Below, piece by piece: positions 9,875 through 17,961 of a DNA stretch of 64,000 bases (its first letter is position 1; every line of letters starts with the position of its first letter). The notes under the pieces are model-generated. The model saw nothing but the letters and a program-made list of their open reading frames with translations. It did no database searches and was not told the origin of the DNA. Origin of the DNA: an uncultured bacterium (GTDB lineage: Bacteria > Patescibacteriota > Patescibacteriia > Patescibacteriales > UBA12465); contig OW818634.1 in the NCBI GenBank assembly GCA_942492765.1, positions 729,159 through 793,158 of the forward strand, read 5' to 3'. Both the position numbers and the translations under genes were made by a program.

Positions 9875-10639
9875 ATGACCCTCTTATTCTTTAGTTTCGT
9901 TTTCATCTTCGGCCTAATCATCGGCAGCTTCTTGAATTGTCTGATATGGCGCCTATATAAAGACGAGACCATGGGCGGACGTTCTTATTGCCCGAAATGC
10001 CGGCACCTGATCGCTTGGTATGATAATATCCCGCTCCTGAGCTTCGCTCTTCTGCGCGGCCGCTGCCGCCATTGCCACGAGAAGATTTCTTGGCAATATC
10101 CGCTCGTCGAACTGGCGACAGCCGTCTTATTTCTGTTGACTTTTCAGATCGACGCTGTTAATCCGCAATTTTCCTGGCTGCTCATAAGAGACTGGTTCTT
10201 GATAATCACGTTCGTCATCGTCTTTGTCTATGACGCCCGCTGGCAACTCGTACCTGTCAAAGTCGTCTGGTCTATGGGAGCTATCATTTTAGCTCTGAAT
10301 ATTGTTCTTGGAGTTCCTTGGCTATTGGAATTATTCTATATCTCTTTGGGCGCGGTTTTTTTCTTAGTCCAATATTTCTTAACTAAGAAGCGCGGCGTCG
10401 GAGAGGGGGATATCTGGCTGGGCGCTTTCTTGGGAGCGGCTTTTCCGAGCGGCTGGCCCTTGCTCCTAATCATGGTCATATCCTACGGTTTAGGGTCTGT
10501 CATCAGCCTGATTCTCATGTCGGTGGCGAAAAAGAAATGGAAATCCCGGATCGCTTTAGGGCCGTTCTTGGTCAGCGGGGCTATTATTACCTTAATTTGG
10601 GGCGAAAGGATAATTAGCTGGTATCTTAACCTGTTTTAA
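9875..10639 (+). CDS. pilD: Type IV prepilin peptidase (A24 family, PilD-like)
   Basis: N-terminal CPKC...CRHC zinc motif followed by a polytopic membrane domain. Conserved Asp contexts (VYDARW, GEGDIWL) match A24 peptidases. Confidence 0.8.
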   Translation: MTLLFFSFVFIFGLIIGSFLNCLIWRLYKDETMGGRSYCPKCRHLIAWYDNIPLLSFALLRGRCRHCHEKISWQYPLVELATAVLFLLTFQIDAVNPQFSWLLIRDWFLIITFVIVFVYDARWQLVPVKVVWSMGAIILALNIVLGVPWLLELFYISLGAVFFLVQYFLTKKRGVGEGDIWLGAFLGAAFPSGWPLLLIMVISYGLGSVISLILMSVAKKKWKSRIALGPFLVSGAIITLIWGERIISWYLNLF

Positions 10640-10714
10640 GGAGCCGAAAGAATTGTTTAATTTCTATAAATTTTGTATAATATTAACAGCAATTATTTAA
10701 AGCAATAAAACGCT

Positions 10715-11977
10715 ATGAAAGATAATGTTATCGCCGGGCTGGATATCGGCTCTACTTCCATTCGCCTAGTGATAGGCCAGCGGATTGCCGGACCGGCCGG
10801 GGATGAGCTGCAGATCATCGGAGCTATTTCTGTTCCGACAGCTGGAGTCAACCGCGGCATCGTCAATAGTATCGAGGAGACAACTTCCTCTATTTCGGCT
10901 TGCCTAGAAAAAGCGGAGCGTCTTGTCGGCGTGCCGATTTCTCGCGTTTGGGTCAGCATTAATGATCCGTATATAAAGTGCGAACGTTCTAAGGGCGTGG
11001 TCGCGGTCGGCCGCAGCGATGGTGAAATTAATGAAAATGACGTTAACCGCGCGATTGAAGCGGCTCGAGCTCTGGCTGTCCCGGTTAATTATGAAATATT
11101 GCATGTCATCCCGATAAAATTCGGCGTTGATAATCAAGGAGACGTAAAAGACCCTATTGGCATGAACGGCATCCGCCTCGAAGTAGAAACTCTGATCGTC
11201 CAGGGATTAAGCACGCAGATCAAAAACTTGACCAAGGCTATTTATCGTACCGGCTTGGAAATAGAGGATCTGGTTATTGCGCCTCTGGCCGCTGCCGAAG
11301 CGGTTCTGAGCACTAAACAGAAAGAGCTGGGCGTGGCTTTGGTCAATCTCGGTTCTTCAACTACCAGCTTAGCGGTTTATGAAGACCGTAATCTTATCCA
11401 TACCGCTGTCTTGCCTATCGGCGCTGAGCATATCACGGCTGATATCGCTATCGGTCTGCGTTGCCCGATAAATCTGGCAGAAAGGATCAAGCGCGAATAC
11501 GGAACGGCGGCGGTTGAAGATGTCGATAAGAAGGATGAGGTCGATGTCAGCCAGCTTGTCAAAGAAGAAGAGGTTAATGATGATATCAGCGTTATTTCGC
11601 GTAAATACTTAGCGGAGATAATCAGCGCGCGCGTCGAAGAGATTTTCGATAAGGTTGATAATGAGTTCAAGCGCATTGATCGCTCCGGCATGCTTCCGGC
11701 TGGAATAATATTTGTCGGCGGCGGCGCGGAACTTGATGGACTAGTCGAGGCCTCTAAGAAGAAATTGCGCTTGCCGGCCGCTGTCGGCGCGGCTAAGAAT
11801 ATTAACGTCATTATCGATAAGGTTAAGAGCCCGGAATTCTTGACCGCTTTAGGCCTGGTCATCTGGGGCAGCAAGACTGATATGGTCGGCGGCGGGCATA
11901 ATATGGATTTTAAGAAAAATTTGAGCGGATTATTAGACAAGACCAAGGGCTTATGGAATAAGATAATGCCCAAATAA
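10715..11977 (+). CDS. ftsA: Cell division protein FtsA
   Basis: 420 aa actin-like ATPase (GLDIGSTSIRLVIG, VNLGSSTTSLAVY, VGGGAELDG). Immediately upstream of ftsZ. Confidence 0.9.
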   Translation: MKDNVIAGLDIGSTSIRLVIGQRIAGPAGDELQIIGAISVPTAGVNRGIVNSIEETTSSISACLEKAERLVGVPISRVWVSINDPYIKCERSKGVVAVGRSDGEINENDVNRAIEAARALAVPVNYEILHVIPIKFGVDNQGDVKDPIGMNGIRLEVETLIVQGLSTQIKNLTKAIYRTGLEIEDLVIAPLAAAEAVLSTKQKELGVALVNLGSSTTSLAVYEDRNLIHTAVLPIGAEHITADIAIGLRCPINLAERIKREYGTAAVEDVDKKDEVDVSQLVKEEEVNDDISVISRKYLAEIISARVEEIFDKVDNEFKRIDRSGMLPAGIIFVGGGAELDGLVEASKKKLRLPAAVGAAKNINVIIDKVKSPEFLTALGLVIWGSKTDMVGGGHNMDFKKNLSGLLDKTKGLWNKIMPK

Positions 11978-12001
11978 TAAATATTAATATAGAAGAATCG
12001 T

Positions 12002-13192
12002 ATGGCTGAAGTTAAACCAGAAATCGAGACATTCGCAAAGATAAAAGTAGTCGGCGTCGGCGGCGGCGGCGGAAGTGCTGTCAACCGCATGATCGCTAAT
12101 GGCATCAAGGGTGTCGGCTTCGTGGCTATAAACACTGATGTCCAGGCTTTGCATTATAATAAGGCCTCAGAGAAGATTCATATCGGCAAGACCGTGACCA
12201 GAGGCTTGGGGGCGGGCATGAACCCCGACCTAGGCAAGGGCGCGGCTGAAGAGTCTCAGAACGAAATCCGCGAAGTCCTGAAGGATTGCGATATGGTCTT
12301 TATTACTTGCGGCCTAGGCGGCGGCACCGGTTCTGGCGCCTCCCCTATCGTCGCTCAGATCGCTAAGGATCTGGGAGCTTTGACCGTGGCCGTAGTTACT
12401 AAGCCTTTTATGTTTGAAGGCGGCCAGCGCAAGAATATCGCCGATCGGGCCTATTCCGAGCTCGCTGATAAGGTTGATACGATCATCACTATCTCTAATG
12501 ATAAATTATTGCAGGTAATTGATAAGAGAACTTCTCTTTTGGATGCTTTTAAGATAGCTGATGACGTTCTGCGCCAAGGTGTCCAGGGAATCGCCGAAAT
12601 CATCACTGTCCCGGGCATCATCAATGCCGACTTTGCCGACGTTAAGGCGGTTATGGCTAATGCCGGTTCCGCTCTTATGGGTATCGGTACCGCTACGGGC
12701 GAAAATAAGGCCGTAGAAGCGGCTAAGGACGCTATCAACTCAAGTCTCTTGGATATGTCTATCGACGGCGCCAGAGGCATCGTATTCACGATTACGGGCG
12801 GTCCAGACTTGAGCATGACTGAAGTCAGTGAAGCGGCTAAGGTGATCACTTCCGCGGCCGATGAAGATGCTAAGATTATCTTCGGCGCTGTCGTTGACGA
12901 TAAGATGAAAGATTCTATCAAGATCACGGTCGTAGCAACAGGTTTTGACGGCCATGGCAAGAGCCAGAAGAGCGAATCCTTGAAGACCTATACTCCTAAT
13001 ACCTTTATCGCCGAGAAAGAGAATGAGCAAGAGTCTAGCTCGACCTTGAATATCGATAAGAATAAGAATAAATTCTCAGTTTTCAAGAATATCCCGATTA
13101 AGCCGGCCTTAGAGAAGAAAGCCGAGAAGCCGACTATTGATGAGGATGATGATTTGAGCGTGCCGGCATTTATTAGGAAGAAAATGGGGTAG
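12002..13192 (+). CDS. ftsZ: Cell division GTPase FtsZ
   Basis: GVGGGGGSAVNRM and the tubulin signature GGGTGSG are present. C-terminal conserved peptide DDDLSVPAFIRKK. Confidence 0.97.
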   Translation: MAEVKPEIETFAKIKVVGVGGGGGSAVNRMIANGIKGVGFVAINTDVQALHYNKASEKIHIGKTVTRGLGAGMNPDLGKGAAEESQNEIREVLKDCDMVFITCGLGGGTGSGASPIVAQIAKDLGALTVAVVTKPFMFEGGQRKNIADRAYSELADKVDTIITISNDKLLQVIDKRTSLLDAFKIADDVLRQGVQGIAEIITVPGIINADFADVKAVMANAGSALMGIGTATGENKAVEAAKDAINSSLLDMSIDGARGIVFTITGGPDLSMTEVSEAAKVITSAADEDAKIIFGAVVDDKMKDSIKITVVATGFDGHGKSQKSESLKTYTPNTFIAEKENEQESSSTLNIDKNKNKFSVFKNIPIKPALEKKAEKPTIDEDDDLSVPAFIRKKMG

Positions 13193-13221
13193 GCTATAGT
13201 AGAAATTCAGCTTATTTAGAG

Positions 13222-13248
13222 CCGCTATCTGGAAAGATGGCGGTTTTT
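13222..13248 (+). terminator. Rho-independent terminator after ftsZ
   Basis: Stem CCGCTATCT / AGATGGCGG (one G.U) with loop GGAA, followed by TTTTT. Confidence 0.7.
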
Positions 13249-13345
13249 GCTATCTTGACGGTTTATTTTAAATATATTATTATTTTATGAATTTGTCCTT
13301 TTAAAATGCTACCAGAGCGGTTTCTGGGAATTAAGAGATACAGCC

Positions 13346-14149
13346 ATGCGGTACTATAACGAAATAATCAAGACTTCGCGATTCTCCTACGCTAAAGGTT
13401 ATCTTGGCCCTAATCCTATTGTTGATCAGGCAAGACTGATTGGGGAGCTTTTTAAGCTTGATACCGGCCCCGCCCTTTTATTAGCGGAGAACTTATCTGT
13501 CGCCTTGCCTAATGGCGCAGAGGGGTGGTTTGCCAGACCCAAGGAGTCAGCGTTAGCGAGAGAACATTTCCCTGATATTGAAGATAAGCGAGTTCAGCAT
13601 TGCGAGGCTACGAAATTAGCCTTAGAGATGCTGAAAACGCGACGTCATCTCTTTGATGCGCTGGCAGACGACATTGCGCCTAATAAATTGCGGCCCAATG
13701 AGTTGTCGGCCTATGCCATGGCTATCATTGAAGATGAGCAGCCAGGGGATATAGTGATTTTTCCAGCCCAATTTGGCGCTCGCTATAGAGGCCATTCAGA
13801 CAGATTATCCCTGGAGATTATGAATAAGGGAAATCGTGAATTTGGCTTAGATATATTTTCGCTGGCCTGCATGACTTTATGCCACGATAATATTCTCCGA
13901 GCCAAGGAAGAGCTGGGTTTTATTTGTGCCGGGGATGAGTTCTGCCAGGAAAAAGATATTACATTTTCGTCAGCACCCTGCCTTTTTACTTTCAATGGCT
14001 TAAGCGGGCTGATTAATGGCCTGGACAATTCCGTAGAGATGATTCCTGACGGTCGGCTGACTTTAGGGGCGGATCATTCCAGTAGTTATGCTGAGATTTT
14101 CGGAGTAGCTTCATTTTTTTTGCCGCCAATCATGGATATGCCCCAGTAA
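13346..14149 (+). CDS. Hypothetical protein, paralog A of an orphan pair
   Basis: 267-aa ORF with its own putative promoter (TTGACG-17-TATTAT at 13255-13283) and terminator. The C-terminal half aligns by eye with the next gene (shared ...EFGL..., ...AC..L..., ...CAGDE...). Confidence 0.6.
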   Translation: MRYYNEIIKTSRFSYAKGYLGPNPIVDQARLIGELFKLDTGPALLLAENLSVALPNGAEGWFARPKESALAREHFPDIEDKRVQHCEATKLALEMLKTRRHLFDALADDIAPNKLRPNELSAYAMAIIEDEQPGDIVIFPAQFGARYRGHSDRLSLEIMNKGNREFGLDIFSLACMTLCHDNILRAKEELGFICAGDEFCQEKDITFSSAPCLFTFNGLSGLINGLDNSVEMIPDGRLTLGADHSSSYAEIFGVASFFLPPIMDMPQ

Positions 14150-14173
14150 GATGCGAGACTTAAAGCTATTTCT

Positions 14174-14210
14174 AAGAGGTTCACGTTTTTAATAAACGGA
14201 ACCTCTTTTT
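14174..14210 (+). terminator. Rho-independent terminator after paralog A
   Basis: Stem AAGAGGTTC / GAACCTCTT followed by a T-run. Confidence 0.7.
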
Positions 14211-14328
14211 ATATGTTCATCTTGACAAAAGTATAGTATTATTATAAGATTCTTGGTTATTCAGTATTTTAATAATTTGATAAAAACGCAGCCAGGAGCG
14301 ATTTCTTGGCAACCAAAATCTAAATGCC

Positions 14329-15033
14329 ATGAGAAAAGTAGGCAGCAACACCAAGGTAGGATCAAATTCTGCCAATCTTCTAAGAAGCTTAGAACAAGAA
14401 CTCGCGCAATTACAGGTACTTTTTCCTGAGTTAGCACGCTTTGATTTCGATCGAAGTTATGTAGACAGGATAATCAGCGGATGGATAAAATTGCCGGCGG
14501 CCGCGACAAGATGGGCTTTAGTGTTCAATTGGGAGAGGTTTTTTGAATCATCTGAAGAGTCTATCCAATCATCGCTTTCCGCCGTTAATTCGATTCAGGA
14601 AGCTATCGGCGGCCAGTTCCGCCAAGATTTAGGCGCTGAACAGGAGATTAAGCTCTTGAAAACAAGTGCCAGAACGAAATTTGCCCTGCATCAGATCGAT
14701 CAAAGGCAAAAAGGCTTTATTTATGTCATACCGATTCGTGTAAGTCCTCCTTGTCAGGTTGGTGATTATAATGGCATCGGGAAGCTGATGGGCCGCAATG
14801 AGTTTGGCCTTGGCGTGTGCGCCACAGCCTGCTTAATGCTAGCGCAGCCGCTTGGCGCCAAGAGAAATAAGGGGCTTTACGTGGATTGTGCTGGCGACGA
14901 AAGCGTAGCCACTGGCGAAAATCCTTTCTTTTTCTTCCATGGCAAAGGCATATGGTTCTATTCCAGACAATCTAACAATACAGGTAATATCGGTGGTTAC
15001 TATACCAGGATTACTGGGTTTGTAGTCGAATAG
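14329..15033 (+). CDS. Hypothetical protein, paralog B of an orphan pair
   Basis: 234-aa ORF preceded by TTGACA at 14222-14227 and followed by a strong terminator. Shares NEFGLG, ATACLML and DCAGDES blocks with paralog A (REFGLD, SLACMTL, ICAGDEF). Confidence 0.6.
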   Translation: MRKVGSNTKVGSNSANLLRSLEQELAQLQVLFPELARFDFDRSYVDRIISGWIKLPAAATRWALVFNWERFFESSEESIQSSLSAVNSIQEAIGGQFRQDLGAEQEIKLLKTSARTKFALHQIDQRQKGFIYVIPIRVSPPCQVGDYNGIGKLMGRNEFGLGVCATACLMLAQPLGAKRNKGLYVDCAGDESVATGENPFFFFHGKGIWFYSRQSNNTGNIGGYYTRITGFVVE

Positions 15034-15050
15034 AATAGAATAATTTTTTT

Positions 15051-15080
15051 AAGCTCCGTGCAGATAACACGGAGCTTTTT
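15051..15080 (+). terminator. Rho-independent terminator after paralog B
   Basis: Perfect 10-bp stem AAGCTCCGTG / CACGGAGCTT with a 7-nt loop, then TTT. Confidence 0.8.
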
Positions 15081-15098
15081 ATATTTCTGTGGATAAGT

Positions 15099-15120
15099 AG
15101 AAAAATATTAATATTTTTCT
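15099..15120. repeat. 22-bp perfect AT-rich palindrome upstream of the nrdR promoter
   Basis: AGAAAAATATTAATATTTTTCT equals its own reverse complement. It lies about 16 bp upstream of the putative -35 box. Confidence 0.8.
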
Positions 15121-15135
15121 TGAAAATTAGCTGAA

Positions 15136-15164
15136 TTGACCGGTGATTTGAATTTTGCTAAAAT
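15136..15164 (+). promoter_or_regulatory. Putative sigma70-type promoter of the nrd operon
   Basis: TTGACC, 17-nt spacer, TAAAAT. Confidence 0.5.
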
Positions 15165-15173
15165 GACTATAAG

Positions 15174-15221
15174 ACACAACATTTAGTGGTCGATGTCCTA
15201 AAAGGCCACAAAATATAGGGT
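15174..15221 (+). promoter_or_regulatory. Two tandem NrdR boxes
   Basis: ACACAACATTTAGTGG (15174-15189) and CCACAAAATATAGGGT (15206-15221) both resemble the NrdR-box consensus acaCwAtATaTwGtgt. The starts are 32 bp apart, the typical tandem spacing. They sit between the -10 box and the nrdR ATG. Confidence 0.6.
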
Positions 15222-15232
15222 TTTATTCATAT

Positions 15233-15691
15233 ATGAAATGCCCAATCTGCTATTTTCCAGACACTAAGGTGGTCGACTCCCGGGTCGCCCCTGACGGACT
15301 GTCTATCCGCCGCCGCCGCGAATGCCTGAAATGCGGTTTCCGTTTCTCGACTTACGAGGAAATCGAGCTGCTAGACCTGGTTATCGTGAAACGGGACGGA
15401 AGGAGAGAGTCGTATAGCCGGGAAAAGATGGTGAGCGGCTTGAAAAAGTCTTGCGAGAAGAGGTCTATTACCGAGGACCGCTTCAAGAAGCTGATCCATT
15501 CTATTGAAAGAGATCTGCAGCGCCTGAAGAAGACTGAAATAACTTCCCGCCAGATCGGCCAAGCCGTCATGAAGAACCTGAAGAAGGTGGATCCTGTCGC
15601 CTATATCCGCTATGCCTCAGTTTACGAATCTTTCAAGGACGCGCACGAATTCCGCAAGGAACTGAATAAGCTTATAAATGAAAAGAAATAA
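15233..15691 (+). CDS. nrdR: Transcriptional repressor NrdR
   Basis: MKCPICYFPDTKVVDSR...CLKCGFRFSTYE zinc ribbon plus an ATP-cone. 152 aa. Confidence 0.95.
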   Translation: MKCPICYFPDTKVVDSRVAPDGLSIRRRRECLKCGFRFSTYEEIELLDLVIVKRDGRRESYSREKMVSGLKKSCEKRSITEDRFKKLIHSIERDLQRLKKTEITSRQIGQAVMKNLKKVDPVAYIRYASVYESFKDAHEFRKELNKLINEKK

Positions 15692-15696
15692 TATTT

Positions 15697-17748
15697 ATGT
15701 CTGAAACTATCAGCAAGTTAATCAAAAGATCCGGCGAAATCGTCGACTTTGATCAGGATAAGATTGGTAAGGCTATTTATAAGGCGGGTTTGGCGGTAGG
15801 CATCGATGATCGCCATTTGGCGAAGAAGCTCACTGACCAGGTGACCATGCGTTTGAATCAGAAATTTCATAAGAACAGCATTCCGGCCGTGGAAGAAGTC
15901 CAGGACATAGTAGAAGAAATCCTGATCGAGAATAAATTGATCAAGATCGCTAAGGCTTATATTCTTTATCGCGACCAGCATCGCCAATTGCGCGATATCA
16001 ATACCTCTACTTCCGACGATAAGCTCTTGGAAGATTATTTGGGCCGCGCTGATTGGCGCTTGAAAGAGAATAGCAATATGAGCTTCTCGGTTCAGGGCTT
16101 GAATAATTATATTGCCTCCTCTATCTCTGCTCGTTATTGGCTCAATAAGATGTATCCGGAAAATATCCGCCAAGCCCATATCAACGGCGATATTCATATT
16201 CATGATTTGGGCCTGCTTGCTCCTTATTGCTGCGGCTGGGATCTGAAGGATCTATTATTGCGCGGTTTCCGCGGCGTCAGCGAAAAAGTCCAGAGCAACG
16301 CGCCGAAGCATTTTCGCAGCGCGCTCGGCCAGATCATCAATTTTTTCTATACCCTTCAGGGCGAAGCGGCCGGAGCTCAGGCTTTTGCTAATTTCGATAC
16401 CTATCTCGCCCCGTTTATCCGTTATGACGAATTGAGTTTCAAGGAAGTAAAGCAGGGCTTGCAGGAATTCATGTTCAATATCAATGTCCCGACCCGCGTC
16501 GGTTTCCAGACCCCGTTCACTAACATCACTCTCGACGTGACCCCATCTCCGATGATCGGAGAAGAGAATGTGATCATCGGCGGCGAAGTCATGCCGGAAA
16601 AATATAAGGATTTTCAGCCGGAAATGGATATGTTTAATCAGGCTTTTGCCGAGGTCATGTTGGCCGGCGATTCTTCCGGTCGCGTCTTCGGCTTCCCGAT
16701 TCCGACTTATAATATTGATAAGGATTTTGATTGGGACAGAGAATGCTTGAAACCGGCCTGGGAGATGACTGCTAAATACGGTATTCCTTATTTCTCCAAT
16801 TTCGTGAATTCTGATATGAACCGCGACGATGCCCGTTCAATGTGCTGCCGCCTGAGGCTTGATAACCGCGAGTTGCGCAAGCGCGGCGGCGGATTATTCG
16901 GCGCCAATCCTCTGACCGGATCCCTTGGAGTCGTGACTCTGAATCTGGCTAGAGTGGGTTACTTATCTAAGAGCAAGGAAGAATTCAAGGAGCGCATCTT
17001 CAAGTTGATGGAGATATCGAAGGAGAGCTTAGAAATCAAGCGCAAGATCATCGAGAAGTTTACGGAAGATCGCCTCTATCCTTACTCGATGTTCTATCTC
17101 GAGAATATCAAAGCCCATTTCGGGACTTACTGGAAGAATCATTTCTCAACTATCGGCATCAATGGCATGAATGAAGCAGCCCTGAATCTTATGGGTAAAG
17201 ATATCTCTACCCCGGAGGGCCATGCTTTTGCCGCTGAGATCCTCGATTTCATGCGCGAGAAACTGATGGATTTCCAGAACGAGACCAATAATCTCTATAA
17301 CCTGGAAGCGACCCCGGGCGAGGGCTGCACTTATCGCTTTGCTAAGAAAGACCAGCAGCTTTATCCAGGCATAATCTGCGCTAATACCGAAGCGGTCAAG
17401 CGTCAGCATGCCGATCCTTACTATACGAATTCGACTCATTTGCATGTTAATTTCTCCGAGGATATCTTTTCCGCTCTTGATCTCCAAGATGATTTGCAGA
17501 CGAAGTATACCGGCGGCACTGTTCTTCATGGTTATTTAGGGGAGCGCTTGCCTGACGGCGATACGGCTAAGAAATTAGTCAAAAAGATCGTCGAATCTTA
17601 TCGCTTGCCTTATTTCACCATCACCCCGACTTTCTCGATTTGTCCGAAACACGGCTACCTGTCTGGCGAGCATAAGTATTGCCCTAAATGCGACGAGGAA
17701 ATCGGCTATAAAGAGAGCGTCGCCGAGGTTCGCGCCGCTAATCAGTAA
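15697..17748 (+). CDS. nrdD: Anaerobic ribonucleoside-triphosphate reductase (class III) large fragment, lacking the glycyl-radical loop
   Basis: N-terminal ATP-cone, class III RNR core and a C-terminal zinc motif CPKH-x9-CPKC. The ORF ends at TAA 17746-17748 before any RxxGY-type glycyl radical motif. Confidence 0.9.
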   Translation: MSETISKLIKRSGEIVDFDQDKIGKAIYKAGLAVGIDDRHLAKKLTDQVTMRLNQKFHKNSIPAVEEVQDIVEEILIENKLIKIAKAYILYRDQHRQLRDINTSTSDDKLLEDYLGRADWRLKENSNMSFSVQGLNNYIASSISARYWLNKMYPENIRQAHINGDIHIHDLGLLAPYCCGWDLKDLLLRGFRGVSEKVQSNAPKHFRSALGQIINFFYTLQGEAAGAQAFANFDTYLAPFIRYDELSFKEVKQGLQEFMFNINVPTRVGFQTPFTNITLDVTPSPMIGEENVIIGGEVMPEKYKDFQPEMDMFNQAFAEVMLAGDSSGRVFGFPIPTYNIDKDFDWDRECLKPAWEMTAKYGIPYFSNFVNSDMNRDDARSMCCRLRLDNRELRKRGGGLFGANPLTGSLGVVTLNLARVGYLSKSKEEFKERIFKLMEISKESLEIKRKIIEKFTEDRLYPYSMFYLENIKAHFGTYWKNHFSTIGINGMNEAALNLMGKDISTPEGHAFAAEILDFMREKLMDFQNETNNLYNLEATPGEGCTYRFAKKDQQLYPGIICANTEAVKRQHADPYYTNSTHLHVNFSEDIFSALDLQDDLQTKYTGGTVLHGYLGERLPDGDTAKKLVKKIVESYRLPYFTITPTFSICPKHGYLSGEHKYCPKCDEEIGYKESVAEVRAANQ

Positions 17749-17811
17749 TCGGCGATCAGTCAATAGCGGATATTTGTAATTTAAATAGATATAATTTATA
17801 ATGATAATAAT

Positions 17812-17949
17812 ATGAGTCCAATCCAGACACAAAGACAGGAATGTATCGTCTATAGCCGCGTAGTCGGCTGGCTTACTCCGGTAAAGAATTATAACCCGGG
17901 CAAGGCCGCTGAGTATAAGGACCGGAAGACGTTCAAAGTTTGCGAATAA
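17812..17949 (+). CDS. Stand-alone glycyl-radical segment of NrdD (45 aa)
   Basis: ATG at 17812 and TAA at 17947-17949. The product MSPIQTQRQECIVYSRVVGWLTPVKNYNPGKAAEYKDRKTFKVCE matches the conserved NrdD C-terminus (YSRxxGY..PV..WN.GK..E..DR). It is in the same reading frame as nrdD, separated by 63 nt that contain two further stops beyond the nrdD TAA. Too short for the ORF track. Confidence 0.7.
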   Translation: MSPIQTQRQECIVYSRVVGWLTPVKNYNPGKAAEYKDRKTFKVCE

Positions 17950-17961
17950 ATTACCAAAGCT

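Noticed and set aside
11377-12135. 252-aa ORF on the minus strand overlapping ftsA and ftsZ
   Set aside because: It is entirely antisense to two strongly supported conserved genes. The product is low-complexity (S/T/P/A-rich), typical of shadow ORFs.
15222-15233. Palindrome TTCATATATGAA at the nrdR start codon resembling the ATCATATATATGAT palindrome at the lexA start
   Set aside because: The centre lengths differ. Both are AT-only sequences around a CATATG-type start context, so this is probably coincidental rather than a shared operator.
17749-17811. Possibility that the nrdD interruption is a self-splicing intron or an intein (by analogy with the phage T4 nrdD intron)
   Set aside because: The spacer is only 63 nt, or roughly 140 nt if the poorly conserved flanks are included. 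That is far too short for a group I or II intron. It contains in-frame stops, which excludes an intein.
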